NCBI GenBank assembly: GCA_000165425.1
Contig: CT868640.1
Coordinates: forward strand, 191,142 to 255,141
Source: Paramecium tetraurelia
Taxonomy: Eukaryota
Reading direction: 5' to 3'
DNA length: 64,000 nucleotides
The notes under the pieces are model-generated. The model ran no database searches. It was not told the origin of the DNA and saw nothing but the letters and a program-made list of their open reading frames with translations. Position numbers and translations under genes: made by a program. Within the stretch, counting starts at the first letter, position 1; each line of letters opens with the position of its first letter. Shown one piece after another: positions 37,071 through 51,976 of the stretch.

Positions 37071-37777
37071 ATGGATTAATCCCAAAATCAAAAAATTCAA
37101 TTACCAAAGTCAAATCAATATAAGCGTCAATCCACAATTGAATATCCAATCGTCTATCATTTATTAAGCACATATATGTTAACAGTTTAGCAGAATAAAA
37201 AACTTAGTATTATCAATTATTAATATAGACAAAAATGAGAAATAGATTAGATTGGTTGAAATGGGCAAGAAATTAGGGTAGAATGTAATGGAATCATTAG
37301 CATCAACTCAATTTGAAAAAATCAGGCTTAATCCAGATTAAGGAAAATATACAGATTATGTTAAATTCTTTGGCAAAGACTTTTGGTCATATATGTTTGG
37401 ATAACCAGTTTCTAAAGTTTAAATTAATAAAGCTGGCTCACATTATGATATTGAAGATAGGTATGAAGAATAGAAGAAAGGAAATAACACAATTACAAAG
37501 CTTGGTTTTTAGATGACTAGGAGAATCAGATTAAATGATAAAATGTAATATGTCATTCAATTTTTAGTTTATAAGATGAGTATTTATCACTCTGGGCAAG
37601 CTTTGTTTAAGGTTTAGTAATAGGAGGAATGAAGGCACTTACAATAGATTGCGACTCTGAAGTTGAATTTATCAATAATGAAGTAATTTCACTATATTAA
37701 TTGTTTAGCCAAGTGATTTAAGGTTTACAATACAAATTAGAGATTTCCTAAGTAGCAGGAGTAACTTTTTGATTTGA
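37071..37777 (+). CDS. TRAPPC6: TRAPP complex subunit, Trs33/TRAPPC6-like (Bet3 family)
   Basis: RLVEMGKKLGQNVMESL...DYVKFFGKDFWSYMFGQPVSKVQINKAGSHYDIED...FVQGLVIGGMKAL; three short introns. Confidence 0.75.
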
Positions 37778-38537
37778 TTATTTAAAAATAATATTATATT
37801 AATCTATTTTAATTATTTATATACATTTAAAATAGAACTCATTTAGAGATTGGAATATTTCATAAAATTAATGTTATATGTTCCAACAAATTAAGTTTCT
37901 TAAAATTAGACTTAAAGAAGAATGTAATAGTATCCTCCTTTGTTTTGAAATAGAGTATGATTTACAAAATAAGACCCAAAATTGATAATCTAGGCTTTTA
38001 TTATAATACAATTAATCAACCTCTACTTTAAACGAATTTCCTTAGATGATTTACCAGTTACTAAGCTCAAATAATTGTATATATGAATTTAATATGAAAT
38101 CAAAATTTCAGTAAATAGTTCCTCGCTAATCCAATGTTATTATGATATTATTTTATCTCACATCACTCAATCTCAATAGATTCTTTAAGTTAATTATGGT
38201 TCTAGATGACCTGTAGAATATTTAAAATAAATATGATTATAAAAATCATTATTATAATATTATTACATCATCATCAAAATCTTTCATTGAGGAACAATTC
38301 TTTACTTTACAAAATTTAAAGAAAGTAATTGGCAATATTATATTGCGCCTTCTAGTGCTTGAATTTAGGCAGTAGGTTTATACTATATTAGATTGACATT
38401 TATATAAGTCATTACTTTTTATTACGAATAAAAAATGATTTATTATATTATTAAATCTTCGAAATCTTTAGTTTATTAATGGTTTTATATATTATATAAA
38501 TAATCATAGATACGATCATAAAGTAAAGTTTTTCTCC

Positions 38538-38731
38538 TCATAGTGTTCTAGTGTGACGTGTCCTTTTCCTAGACAATCCAAACATTAATCTCTTTCTCTT
38601 TTTTGGGTAGGCGATAAATCTTGATCTAAATATTTTCTTGAGAATTTGGGTACAACATACCCAGCCCCTTTACAATGATAACATTCCTGTAAAGTAGTGA
38701 TAGCTTCTTCTTTCATTTCAATATTTCCCAT
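38538..38731 (-). CDS. Small ORF or gene remnant with one CxxCxGxG motif
   Basis: MGNIEMKEEAITTLQECYHCKGAGYVVPKFSRKY...; 64 aa, start uncertain. Confidence 0.35.
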
Positions 38732-39055
38732 ATTTCTAGTGAATTCTTCGATTATTTAATTACTCTTTTATGGAATCCGAGTTGACACATTATAATATTG
38801 AAAAAATACGTATTATATTATAAAATCAATATAAATAATACTTATTATAGGTATTTATTATTGGAGATGCTTAAAATTTGAGTTGTGTGCACTTCATAAT
38901 TTAAAAATTCACTGTTTGAACCTAGATTTCTAAATAATCAATATCATGATTTATGAGTACTCAATTTAATCTAGGAGTGTTATTAGTGGGGATTTAGAAG
39001 TAAAGCCATTTTTATTTTGTCTAATTATTGCTTTTAGCAATTAATTTTAAAATTA

Positions 39056-41899
39056 ATGAAATAATCCTAAGTTAACAAATTTTTCACAAATTTAGCAGGA
39101 TGCCAATTAATTTCTAATGTGGGTACTCCAACAACAACTGCCCCCAGTAAACACAATAAAAATGCAAGCTCCACAATTTCCAATGGAAATAAATATTTAG
39201 TTTACTCCAAACGTACATCTCGTCTCCATTTAGAGTCAACCAAAAAGCTCCCTGTTTTAACAACTGTTATGAAGACAGAAACTCAGGAAACTCCGAAAAC
39301 TGCAACCATTAAAATGAGGAAGGCAAGTGGAAATTCAGGAGACTTTCGCATTATACATTAACATTAAAGAAATAAAACTGAGACTCTCACCCTTTCTAAT
39401 AACATTAATATCTCTAAATTGGACTCTCCTAAAGAAAACTTTGAAGAAGTAGAGTAACTATATGTATAACAAAATATTTAACATACAGCCACAATTCCAA
39501 CATAAATAGCCCATGCTGTTGAGATTCTTTAATCAGCTTTGACATCAACCAGAAGTGAAATAATCACTAAATAAGCATTACCAAAAGTTAATCCCGTATA
39601 AGTATTGGGAGAGACATATGAATTCACAAAGATTCCAAAAATAAGCTCTAAAATAAAAAGAACAGAGATTAATTAGTAAATTACAGAAATTGAATCCTTA
39701 AATGAAAAAAGTTGTCATCTAATGAGGAAATTAAGATAATTGTTACACACTCATAGAGAGAAGGAAAAGTTATTGGAGTTAGAAATCAAAAAGAAGAAGG
39801 AATCTTTGATTGATAGATAATTTTCAAAAACACTAAGTAATATGCCAGATGAAAAAACACCCAAAGCCATTGAATCTAAATTCAATTTCAAATTAAGCAC
39901 AATTACCAAGAAGCAAACCAGAATTCATCCCAATTACAGTATTTATGATAACGAATCAATGCTTCCAATAAAAACCATTATTGATGCTTTGAAAGAAAAG
40001 AAGGATGAAAAATAAGAGAAAGTATAGATTATCTAACAAATTTAAAAAAAAAACATCAAAGTAACAGTTGCTTTTGAAGAAAATGAAAAGGAAATTGAAT
40101 TTTAAATGCCTGATTATATTGGTGATTTTCAGTAGAGTTAAATTTAATCAACAGAAATAAAGGATAATAAACAATCAAATATCTATTCATTGGTCAGCAA
40201 ATCTATGTTATAGAAGTAAATATCTTAAGATATATGTAGCAAATTTGCTTTGAGATTAGTGAAGAAATTCGGAGACAAAGTCATAAAAACCTAAAAGGAT
40301 AATGATGCCATTGAAAATTTTAACTCATTCAAAGCTTCTTAATTTACGAGATATTACTTACAGAACCATATTTAAAAGTGCTTAGAAATTAAATATGAGC
40401 CTCAGTAAGAGAATGAGGAGATTTCAACTTGTCAAAAATAGAGTTTCTTGAATAAAAATTATTATTCTGAAACAATGCAAGAGATCCAAAGCAAAAATAT
40501 GTTGTAAATCACTTAATAGCATGTAACTATTTGTACAATTTAAGAAAGATTAATATAAATCATAATGTGAAGTCTAGACCTTATTTTATACTATTGGGTA
40601 GCATTAGGAAGGACATCTAAGTGATAATAGTATCCTAAGTCCAAATGTTTCTCAATTAGACACCAGTGATATAGAAATGCAAACGCAATTCAAAATCAAT
40701 TACATCTATTACATGTTAAATTTAATATCTCCAAATGATATAAAACAACAGAAATTGAGAGTTATTGTTAACACAATCGATGATGAAACCAAAAATTAAC
40801 TTCTACATTAGGATCTCTTGAGATTCCCACAAATAATCAAGACTTTGGAAAAAAAAATAAAAAATGACCCAGAAAATAATTGTATTTTATTTATAATTAA
40901 ATAGAGAGTTATAAATTCTTAATGATTTAGAGACAGAATTATTAACAACAGATTTAACTATTTTGCAAACCTAATTTTCCATTAAATACAATTACATCTT
41001 AACAGGGTAATTTGAAGATTTTCTACATCATTAAGTGACTCAAATGGAAAAGATTTATGTTGAATATTGTAAAACTCAAATTGATCTAGATTCAGCAAAA
41101 ATCACTGATAGATAATTTACTAATTTAAACATACCCTAAAATTCAAGAAGCAGACTTGCTTCTCCAATAGGATCTGTATCATATATTTTTTATATCAGAA
41201 CGAATCAAAATTGACTAGAAAAGAGATCAATCCATTATTAGCCAAAGGAATGATGTTAAAAAAGAATTAGAAATCAAAGAATTTATTGGCTACTCAGAAA
41301 TTTGCTTCTTCTCAAAATATTATCTACAAAAGTTCTCGTAATTTGTAAGCCTTGTTGCATGCAAACACAAATTCAAATCATAACATCTAATAATTTTAGA
41401 GTTCTCATCAAGTTCGAACCTTTTAAAAAGAGTCAGAATAATAAACCAAATCCAAAAGTTCTCAACAACATATTTCAATCAAGTCCAATTTGATCACTCA
41501 ACAATCAATGGATCCCTCGTCTTTGCTATTCAGAAGTATGCTATTACATGAGAGCCAACAAAATGATAAATCTAACATTGATAGAGCTTTCTCCTTAATA
41601 GAAGATCATCGGTTACAAGATCTTAAAGACCTAATAAATCATGATTAGAATATCAACTTAAATACTCAAGATTACAATGGGAATACTTTTTTGATACAAG
41701 CAGCACGGACAGGAGCCTTTGAAATAATTCAGTACTTACTTCGCAAAGGTGCAGAGATTACTATTAAAAATGTAAGATATTGTTTAAAAAATAGAATGAT
41801 GGATTAAATGCTATCCAAATAGCAATTATTCATTTGTAATTTGAGGCAGCAGACGAAATTAACAGATTTAGTAGATCGAATTCTTTCATATCCCATTGA
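39056..41899 (+). CDS. Large low-complexity protein with C-terminal ankyrin repeats
   Basis: C-terminal INLNTQDYNGNTFLIQAARTGAFEIIQYLLRKGAEITIKN-intron-NDGLNAIQIAI; long open code-6 frame at the 5' end (middle not fully frame-checked). Confidence 0.8.
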
Positions 41900-42126
41900 T
41901 TATAACTTCAGATTTTTTTTCAATCCATTACTATATAAAATCTAATATAATTATATAATCTATTCTCCAAATAATATTATTATAAAATAACACTTAAATG
42001 CATGGCTACCTTAATAGTTTATTAACAAATTGGTTAACCTTTATGTTAGCTTATTATTATGTATTTCCTAAGAGTGTTAAACTTTGAATATAAATTGTTT
42101 AATTTACTTATTAATTATTATTATTA

Positions 42127-43416
42127 ATGCTGCCCTTTTTATAAAAGGAGAGATCGAATTCATTCAATGTTAGAAAACCAACGGAGAGAAACTCAATTCA
42201 CGCTGACGTGTCTCCGCTGGGTGAAGGAAGAGGGATATTAATCATATTGATTTTGAATAATGAAGATTTTGTTGCTGAGTTTATTCAAAATCCTCGATAC
42301 CTTTAGTTTCTCAAATATAAGGAATTTTTAAATGAGATGCAAATCAAATAATTTATTGTATATTTACAGGAATAGTTGATTTAATCATAGAGTAAGGCAT
42401 ATACTTATCATTATTGTACATTTTCATAATAATAAAAAAAAATCGATTTATTGAATACATCAAGTAGAGAGACTTATGAAGTTTTGTTTGAATTTGCTGA
42501 TAGAATTAATAAAGAAAAGTAATTTAACTATGCTTTTGGAGTTGACTTTAATATGATACACAAAAGTAAATTTAAAAATATATTGTTTTTGAGTGACATA
42601 AGAATAGATTTATAAATAATTGAATACTTCTAACCATAAAAAATAACCAGAGTAAGAACATTTTCTCATCAAAGTGTTAATCAAACATCAAAGGAACAAT
42701 CAGAAATTTTAGACACTGAGGACAAGTATTAATAATTGGCATCCAATAAAAGAAACAAAGAAATTAAGCAATACCTGAAAGAATAAAATAAGTTAAAACA
42801 AGAAACAAAAAACAAGGATTAATTGATGATTAAAAAAATTATGTAAACCGAAAAGATTAAACCTTAAAAATAGTAGAATGAAATACCTCAAGTTTGTGAG
42901 TAGGGGCTTATGCAATTTCAGTTAATTTTCGGAATTAAGGATATTCAATTGGATAGAGACTTATTTTCATAATTCCTATTGTTATGTGAAATGACTATTT
43001 TGTTTACCAAAAACAAATTGCTTCAAGTTTCAATACAAAAAATTGAAGAGAGTAAGAGATTAGAAGTACTTCTTAAATAACTGTTTTTTGATTATAAAAT
43101 CCTTAAATCTATGAATATCAAATTGTAGTAATTGAACCCAACTTTAACAAGATGTCTACTAAGATTTCTAAAATAAGGATTGGAATATGATAGACAAAAT
43201 AGATTATTCTGGAATGATTTCATAAGATTTAAATAATATTACATAGATAGAGTCTGGGGAGTCTCTGATTTTCGATTATTTATGATGCTTTTGAATGATG
43301 AAAATTAAGCCCTTGCATCTAAAATTATGAAAGTACCGCCCCAGAATATATAAAGAACCATTTTAAATCTTTAGCCAGAAGCCTTACATACCATTGTTTA
43401 CTCCTTAATTTTTTGA
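42127..43416 (+). CDS. Hypothetical protein (429 aa, no intron needed)
   Basis: Uninterrupted code-6 ORF of 1290 nt from ATG to TGA. Confidence 0.75.
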
Positions 43417-43516
43417 ATTAGGTTTTATTAATTTATATAATTACTAAAATTATAATACTCACTTGTGTCAAAAATGTCATATTTATTCTTACTCATATTT
43501 AATCAAAAATAAGTAT

Positions 43517-44014
43517 TCATATTAATTTCTTATTACATACATAATCAACAAAATCATCAAACTCTGAAGGTTAAACTAATTCGAATAGGATTTGTTTTTT
43601 CAAACCAATTATCTTTTTTTGACTTAGATTTGGGATTGTTGCTTTGCCTTTGAATGATTCGTTTCTTTTTTTATCGATTAATTGTCCTTATAATTACTTC
43701 AGTAATGGTTTTGTTTGTTATTTTACTAATTTTAGTCTTGGGGTTATGCTAACTTATTTTGAGACCAATGATTAGGTTTATTCTAAAAAGGAAGGTTATT
43801 TGTTATTTGGCGTAACTGGTAGTGTCAGCATTTATCTCTGAGTTAGATGCTCTTATTTGTTTAATTATGTGATGGAACTTGTTTTCTACATCAATTAATT
43901 ATTTCCTCCAACCAAGTTAAAATAATGGTATCTATCTGAGGGATCAACCAGATGCATTCCAATGACCATTTTCTTTCTTTTTTATAAATCACTGTAGGGT
44001 GTGAGTTTAAACAT
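43517..44014 (-). CDS. Hypothetical protein (165 aa)
   Basis: Open code-6 frame MFKLTPYSDLQKRKKMVIGMHLVDPSDRYHYFNL...FDDFVDYVCNKKLI-stop. Confidence 0.6.
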
Positions 44015-45107
44015 AATTTAATTACATATTCTAAATTAATTTTGATATTTGTTCAACTGAAAATTATAATTTCTGATTTTTAAAGAAAACCTTACTACCA
44101 TTATTTAGGAACTAGTAAAGCAGTTCATTTAAACCTTGTTCCTAATAGATTTTCAGATATTAAAAGCATAATTAGTATTACAAGTCTAATCAACATCCAG
44201 CATATATACATATTAATTCATTTTTATTTGTGTTAGAAGGTATATCATTATGTTAAATTAAATTGATATTAATCAGTCAAATTTATTTATCCTTTATAAA
44301 ATTCTAAGCATATATTAGTCATTTCAACACTTTATCTAACTTCTGCTTTAAACAAGATTAGTCTATCAAGTATTCACTTTAGGTAATATTGTTAAGACTC
44401 ACAAATATTCCCTTAAATTTTAAAGATGTCAATCTTCCTATTAAATCAGATTATTGATTATAAAATATAAGATTAAATTATATCAATATTAAAGTATATT
44501 AATAAATTTTTTAGTATCAAAAACATAATAATATTAGTATTGAAAAGAAACTTCTTAGATCTATTTAATTAAAAATATAAAATAAAGAATAAAATAGTAG
44601 ATTCAAGTTAACTTCTATCTTATTAATCATGCTAGAGAGTAAAGTCCATATAGGTATAAAGAAAGACCATATCCCATAGAAAAGGAAATATAATGAGAAA
44701 TGAGTTAAGTTAGCTTGATCAATTTTCAGATATTGTATAAAAATTTTTTGAGAATGGCCTGAAACTTAATAGAATTTTTAGTTAATTGAGGTAGCATAAC
44801 TAGATGCTCATCTAATTAGAACAAAGTCTTAATTCAATATGTTTTGAAGATAATAGATTTATAATCATATACTTACCGTAAACAAGGCCTGTTCCCTGTT
44901 GATATGAAAGTGACAACACTTTATTTTTTAAATTCAATAGAAAAATGCATCTGCTTATTTGACTAGGGTGATAAAATGATTTGAATTTATTTATTTAACC
45001 TTGATAACTAAATTGAGTAGCATCATTTTATGAAGTTTCATGATCAATTTAAGAAATGATCTAATTATGTCCTATAATTTGATTATAATTTTTTTTATTA
45101 TAATTAA

Positions 45108-46812
45108 ATGAGCTTGAATGTATAAGGTTTGAGAAAACCAAGCCAAGTGAATAGTCCGAGTTCTATTAAAAAGCCAATCATGTCCTCATTATTATTTAAT
45201 TGCAAAGCTCCTATAAATGTTCCAAATAGTTCACAAGTATCACCTTAAAATTCTGAACAAAATCTGCTTAAAACATTGCATTCACATAAAGGATCATAAG
45301 TGGATGTAACTAATTTAACAAAATTAATTAAACACAATAAGTCTCCTACTATTGAAGCATTTGATACATAAAATAGCTAGAATTCAAGTCAATAATAATT
45401 ATAAGCATTGTTTGCAAAAGCTAGAGAAATAACTTCGAATAAATAAAAACCTTAGATTGTAAAATAATAAGTTCAATCAATTCAAACATAATCTATTAAC
45501 CAATTGAAGGAACTATTTGATAATGATATATATTGTAGAAACACTTTTTATTTTCATTTTGTTGTTGGAATTGGTGGATTTGGAAAGGTTTGGAAAGTAG
45601 AACATAAAAAAACAGCTTAAGTGTATGCAATGAAAGAAATGTCGAAGGCTCTGTATGGTTATTCATCTTTATATAGAATTATAACAAAAAAAAGTGTGAA
45701 TTCAGTTATGAATGAAAGAGTATTGCTAAGTTAATTGAAGCATCCTTTTTTGGTTAACATGAATTTTGCCTATCAGGACAGAGAAACCCTGTATTTAATT
45801 ATGGATTATATGTCTGGAGGTGACCTTAGATATCATATTGGAAGAATGAGAAGATTTAATGAAGAATAAACTAGTAAGAAATATTATCTATATTTTTTGA
45901 GGGTTCTTTGTAGCCTGCATATTTTTAAGTTTAGAATATGTTCATGAATGCAACATAATTCATAGAGATATTAAACCTGAAAATTTGGTTTTGGATAATA
46001 AAGGCTATGTTCATTTAACTGATTTTGGCATTGCGAGAGTTATGAAAACCGAAAACTCAAGTGATACTAGTGGCACACCTGGTTACATGGGTATCTGATA
46101 TTTAAAAACATATAGCTCCAGAAGTGATGTGTAGACAAAATCATACATTTGCTGCAGATTACTATGCCCTAGGAGTGATTGCATATGAATTTATGTTAGG
46201 CAGGGTATTAATAAACTCAATTATTAGAGACCCTATGTAGGGAGGTCGAGACAAGAAATCAGAGATTAAATTTTGGCTAAATAAGTTCAAATAAAAAAAT
46301 CTGAAATCCCTAATAATTGGTCAATCGAAGGTGCCGATTTTATCAATAGAGTATTTTCATTTCATATCCTATTCAGCTCTTATAAAGAAAGCCTTAATAA
46401 CGATTAGGGTTTAATGAGAGTCAAGAGATCCGTCAACATCCTTGGTTTTTAAATTTTCCATGGCAGAAGCTTAAGAACTTTGAGCTTGTTCCACCCTTTT
46501 AACCAAATGTAAGCAGTAATCATTAAATTAGAGGACTGAAGATAATTTTGATTAAAAGTAAATTCTCATAGAAGATGAAGAAAATAATGAACTCATTTAA
46601 CAAAACCTGCTGGTATTAAAAGATCCAGCCACTCAAGGTATCATCTTATAAAACATTAAGATTTATTTTAGAGTTATGAATTTAATGCAAATCAAAATTA
46701 GAATAAGATTTCATCTACTACTGATTAATCCTCAAGTTCATCATCTAAACATAGCAGAAATTTTAGTCAAAAAATTGAAAAGTAATAATATCTTGAAAGT
46801 GGAACTAAGTGA
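45108..46812 (+). CDS. AGC-group Ser/Thr protein kinase
   Basis: GIGGFGKVW, YAMKEMSK, HRDIKPEN, TDFGIAR, SGTPGYMAPE, PPFQP..NFD tail; seven short introns. Confidence 0.95.
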
Positions 46813-46869
46813 TTCTATTGATACCATTCATATAATATATATATATGTTGTTTTTAATGTATTCTAAAA

Positions 46870-47570
46870 AATCTTGTTTATATTTAGTTTATCTAAAGTT
46901 TGAGGAGTGAAACTAGTATCGGTTTATATCTAGGGTTATTCCTCATCTGAATTATACTAGATTGTTGTATTGGGGTTCTTAAAGACTAACTTAATATCTA
47001 AGTTCTAAAAAAATCATTATTTTATTTATTATTAAATAGAACTATAGATTAGTTCTATGGTTTACAACATTCGGGAACTGATTTAAGTATCTTATGAAAG
47101 GTTCATTGCCTCTGGAAAAAAATTTTAAAGAAAAAAGGAAAAATAAATCTACAGATGAATTAGTAGATAAAGGAATACAAGAGAGTAATTATATACTTAT
47201 ATAAGTAGGTAAAACTAGTAATAGGTCGATATACCCTCGATCTTGAATTGATATTTAGAAATTAAGAATAAGAAACACAATATATTACCGAAAGATTGTC
47301 TCGATTAGTTCTAGAGAAATATAAAGAAGATGAGATTGTGATCTATTAATTGTCAATGATTATTATATATAAGAAATCAAATTTGAACTCTCATTGTAAT
47401 CAGTTCTTAAAATTATGGAAAAATGAAAGAGATTGTTCACATTATAAGGAAATTGTTTAAAAAGAAGAAAAATGGCATCATGCTAAGAATTTGTTGACTT
47501 TTTTCTGCATGTATCAACACTCATGATTATTGGTATTCTTTAAAGTGCCATCAGATTGAATTTTATTGAT
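46870..47570 (+). pseudogene. Possible decayed gene
   Basis: Purine-rich coding-like sequence with repeated in-frame TGAs; no family recognised. Confidence 0.25.
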
Positions 47571-47680
47571 TTTTAACAGCCTAATTTAATCAAGAAAATT
47601 TTAATTTAAAATATATATATTACTAATATATATACTTATATAAGATTTATTTAAATTAATAATCCTATATAATAATATTA

Positions 47681-48488
47681 ATGGAATAATAAAATTAAGT
47701 TGAATAAAATTATGAAAACTCTTATGTGAATGATCACAAGCAAGCCTATTTAGAATTTTCTGAAAGATTGATCTTTCGATTTGAGTAGCTTCTAAACAAA
47801 ATTGAATTTAATCGAGACAATATGATCTTATTTGAATAAGGGTAGGTATAAAATTTGTTAGATTAACAACCAATATAGATCAGATAGAGAAAGAGAATAA
47901 CCAAAAGAAATAACATAATCTTGATGATTGGAAACAGAAAAAGATATGTATGTGGCTTATGTAAGCTGATATTTGAAACTCATTATAAATTAGGTGGCCA
48001 TTAGAAAGGTTGTCGTACTCATAAATATTGAGATTCAAAATATCTTTATATTATAATAAATTATTTTCTTATAAAATCAATAAAACTTGGGATTGATAAG
48101 CCATGATGTATAACAATCCAATACAAAGAACCGAAAATATCATGAATTTAATAAATTCAAATAGTTTTATGAAAAACATTTATCTCAATATTCTTCTGCT
48201 ATTTTTAAGTTTTTAATAACACAACTTTGAACAAGAACTAATGAAAGCTATCTTTAAGTTCTAAGATAGCATCCCAGTTTCTGTTCTTTGCAGTATATCT
48301 TATTATTTATTTTAATAAAAAATCATTTTAAATATAGTTATTTCTTACCTATATGGCCATCAACTTACAATTTAAGTGATAATGTACTGACTTCCTTATA
48401 CTTCTATATTTTTCCTTCCTATAGAAAAAGTTTTAATAATGGGATTATAATTTATATTTTTCAAATTTTTATTGTTGCCACTGGCTGA
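47681..48488 (+). pseudogene. Hypothetical gene with an internal TGA (young pseudogene, or mis-modelled splicing)
   Basis: Clean ATG and first exon MEQQNQVEQNYENSYVNDHKQAYLEFSERL; my best splice model meets TGA at 48094-48096 and the frame continues beyond it. Confidence 0.35.
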
Positions 48489-48862
48489 TTAACACTCCTT
48501 ATGTAGACTTTCTCTCAGATAATAAGATTTTAGTATTTGTTAAATAAATAAATAAAATACCTCATCTTTATGAATATTTTATTCAGATTAACAATAATAG
48601 CAATAAAATATTAAATACTCCTAAAATAAAAAAAATTAATAATTATATTTTTATTTGAAAATTGATTTTTCATTCTATAATATGAGAAGTTGGGGAATTA
48701 TAAAAAAAATTACTTATTTGAGATAAGAATTTGCACATCGTGTTCTTGAGTGATAATTCTTAACTAAAGCATGATGTAGACTCATGAATCACCTAATAAA
48801 TCATTGTATTTTAATGAACATAATTTAATATTATAATTACATCATCAAGATTATAAGATTAC

Positions 48863-50766
48863 ATGGTTTTTGGATCTCCAGTGAATTTTCAAGAGATAAA
48901 TGAAGAAGCCCTTGTTACTGGGGGAATCGTTATGGTCTTTGCATTAATATTTGGTACAATAGCCATATTACAAACATATTGTGAACATCATCATATATCT
49001 GTAATGAGGGAAGCGTCTGTGCCAATCCTTTTTGGACTATTTTTTGGTTTAATAACAATTTTGGGATATTTTTCTTAAGGAATATATTTTGATTCGAGAA
49101 TATTCTCTTTTGCTTTGTTGCCGATTATTGTTTTTAAAGAGGGCTATTGCTTAAATAAATAGCATTTTATGAAAAACTACTTTTATGTATTGATCTACGG
49201 TATATTCGGCACAATTGTCCAATTTCTCATCTCATTTGGTTTGACGTAATCATTAGTTAGTTCAAGTATCTTAATAATAAATTTAGGTATTTTTTGGTCT
49301 CCTCCAGAAGATTAAAAGTAGGACGACTATTCCTTCTTTGCTACGATGTTCTTCTCAGCATGTATTACTTCAAAGGATAGTGCTGTCAGCCTCAGTGTCC
49401 TTGAATTCGAACATGCTCCCAAACTCCACAGCATTATATTCGGGGAATAAATCATAAATGATGTGATAGTATTTGCGCTGTCCTCCACGACCCAAAGATA
49501 TAATAATGAAAATGTTCGCTTTGAAAGAGATAATTGGTATAATTTTTTGATTTTCATTGCATTGACATTGGCTTAATTGCTTGTTGGATTAATTGTTGGT
49601 TTGCTGACTGGTAATTCAACTATATTGATTTTTAGGTGTTGTTTCAACTTGGATTACAAAAACAGCTAGATGTATATCCGAGCACTCCTCTGTTTTAACA
49701 ATATTTACTATATATTGCGCATATTTTGCTTTTAGTTTTTGTGAAGCATTTGATTTTTGTGGAGTTATGGCAGTCCTCATTTGTGGAATTATGATGTCCC
49801 ATTATTAAACATATAATTTACCGAAGTTGTCTGCAAATTCATCGAAGTACAAAATCAATAGATTATTTAGAATTACTGTCAAAGCTCTTGCATATGCAAG
49901 TGAAACCTTTATTTATTTTTATATCGGTTTTGCTGTGACAGCAACTGAAATTAATAATTAGGATTACTTGAAAGGATTCACAGTCTACCCTTTTGTTCTA
50001 CTTTAATTCTTCGTCATTTAACCAATGGCAAGATTTTTATCCATGTTATTATCACAAATGTTGGCAATACTGTATTTATTTCATGATTATACCGAGAATT
50101 TAAAAAGATTAAAAGCATGCCTTGAAAATCAACTTATATGAATTCTTAATATTATGCTATTCAGGATTAATAAAAGGAGTCATTGCATATGCTTTGATCT
50201 GTGAAGTGGACAGTGAATTTGTTAAAAGTACCCACTATTATCCGTACATCAATTTCGCAACCTTGTATTTAATATTTGGAACTACTTTATTTATTGGAGG
50301 ATCTTTGAAATATGTAACAGAGTGGGCATATAGTCGAATGGACTAACAACATCTAACGGAATCATCAGACAACTCTGGAATCAAAAGCAATTTAAAACAA
50401 ACCTTCATTCGAGAAGATATTAAAGCCTATGAGAGTGCTACTTAAAATAAGTAAAAATGGTTTAAGAACATCGATGAGAATTACATTAAACCATTCTTAA
50501 TTTATAATTATCTAGAAAGGAAATAGGATATATTAACTGCTAAGAAATTAAAGAAGAATAAGCATGCCATGGAGAAATAACTAGAAGAAGAAATGCAAAT
50601 GTATGAGGAGAGTGTTAGAGAAAGAAGAGAAAAACAAGAAATGAAGAAAATGGCTAAGAAGAGTAAACTAACAAACTTGGAATTAGATAGTGGAGCAGAA
50701 GAAGAGGAAGAGGAAGAAAGTCCTAAGAATAATCATCCTCATGAAAATTAGAATAATCATCATTGA
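48863..50766 (+). CDS. Na+/H+ exchanger (CPA1/NHE family)
   Basis: FDSRIFSFALLPIIVFKEGY, FGTI, ITSKDSAVSLSV..IIFGEQIINDVIVFAL, CGVMAVLICGIMMSHY, SETFIYFYIG, YSGLIKGVIAYAL; acidic tail. Confidence 0.92.
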
Positions 50767-51110
50767 TTTCTATTCTTATTGATCAATTTGTTGCATCAAT
50801 AATTTTATATTTAATTTAACTTTTAAATAAAAATAGCAATCTAAATCAAGTTCATAAGTTTGTTAATACCTTATAATTTAATATTAAAATAAACCAATTG
50901 ATTGAATTAATAATCTTACATAATATCAACCTCAAGATATGGATGCATCAACTATCAATAAAATAATTAACGAAATAAAAATGAATAAGAAAAATAATTT
51001 ATTAAAATGATAAATAAAATAAGTGTTATTTATAAATTATTATTAATTTTACATAGTATTCTGTGTTGAGTAATCTAAATATCACTTTAAAAATATAATT
51101 TATATTATTT

Positions 51111-51976
51111 ATGAATCCCAAATAATTATCAAAGGTTTATCGAAATGACTTAGAAAATAGTTTCATTCGGAAATTTTAAAGATCCTTCTTAAGTTTAAGT
51201 TTGAAATCTAGTCAGACTACTAGAGTGCAATTATGGAAATAAAAGTAACCTAGATATCAAATAAATGAGAAGTTGAAACAATTGTCAGAGTGGAATGAAT
51301 AAAAATATAATCACATAAAGTAGTTATATTAATAAGAGTATCTAGGCTTAAATATTATACCAGAGCTAAGAGTTCCTAAAGTTCAATTGAAGGACAAAAT
51401 ACTAAAAAAGCCACTCAAATATTTTTACTATTGCCATATCATTGTCCTTCCCAAACGAGATTCAATTCATGTAAGATGATGTGGAAACGACTGATTTTGG
51501 GAGTACAAGTTATCCTCTATTACAGTAAACTTCAGAAGGAATAATTAATATCTAAGACTGCGTCATGTCCTCATATTCCTCCCAAAAGAAACAGTCTTAA
51601 AAGTCTCAATTATCCTTAAAGTCCACCAAAAAGGAAATTCAGAAGTAGAACTCAGGGAGATGGAAAAAATTAACTCAATGGTTTTGGAGATTACATTAAA
51701 GCAATGTATGAGAGTGAGAAATAGAAAAGAGAATTGTGTTCAAAATCAGTGATCATTAAGGAATTTCGATGCCATGACTCAAGAATAAAAAGACTAGGGA
51801 CATCTAAGTTGTGTGATCAAACACTTGATCTCTCTAAAATTGGATGTGCAAGTATCAAAGATACTAATCAACTTCCTCCACTCATTTCTATTGCTCCTTA
51901 CTAAGAAGAAAACATTAGAATAAAGAGAGTTTCTTCTACAATGATAAGAAGAATAAGAACTCTCAGATTATATTGA
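51111..51976 (+). CDS. Hypothetical basic protein
   Basis: Open in code 6 after removing an intron near 51338-51363; TGA 51974-51976. Confidence 0.6.

Noticed and set aside
42170..42245. GC-rich island suggesting a structured ncRNA
   Set aside because: Explained as the 5' coding part of the 42127-43416 ORF; no snoRNA boxes, tRNA fold or telomerase template seen
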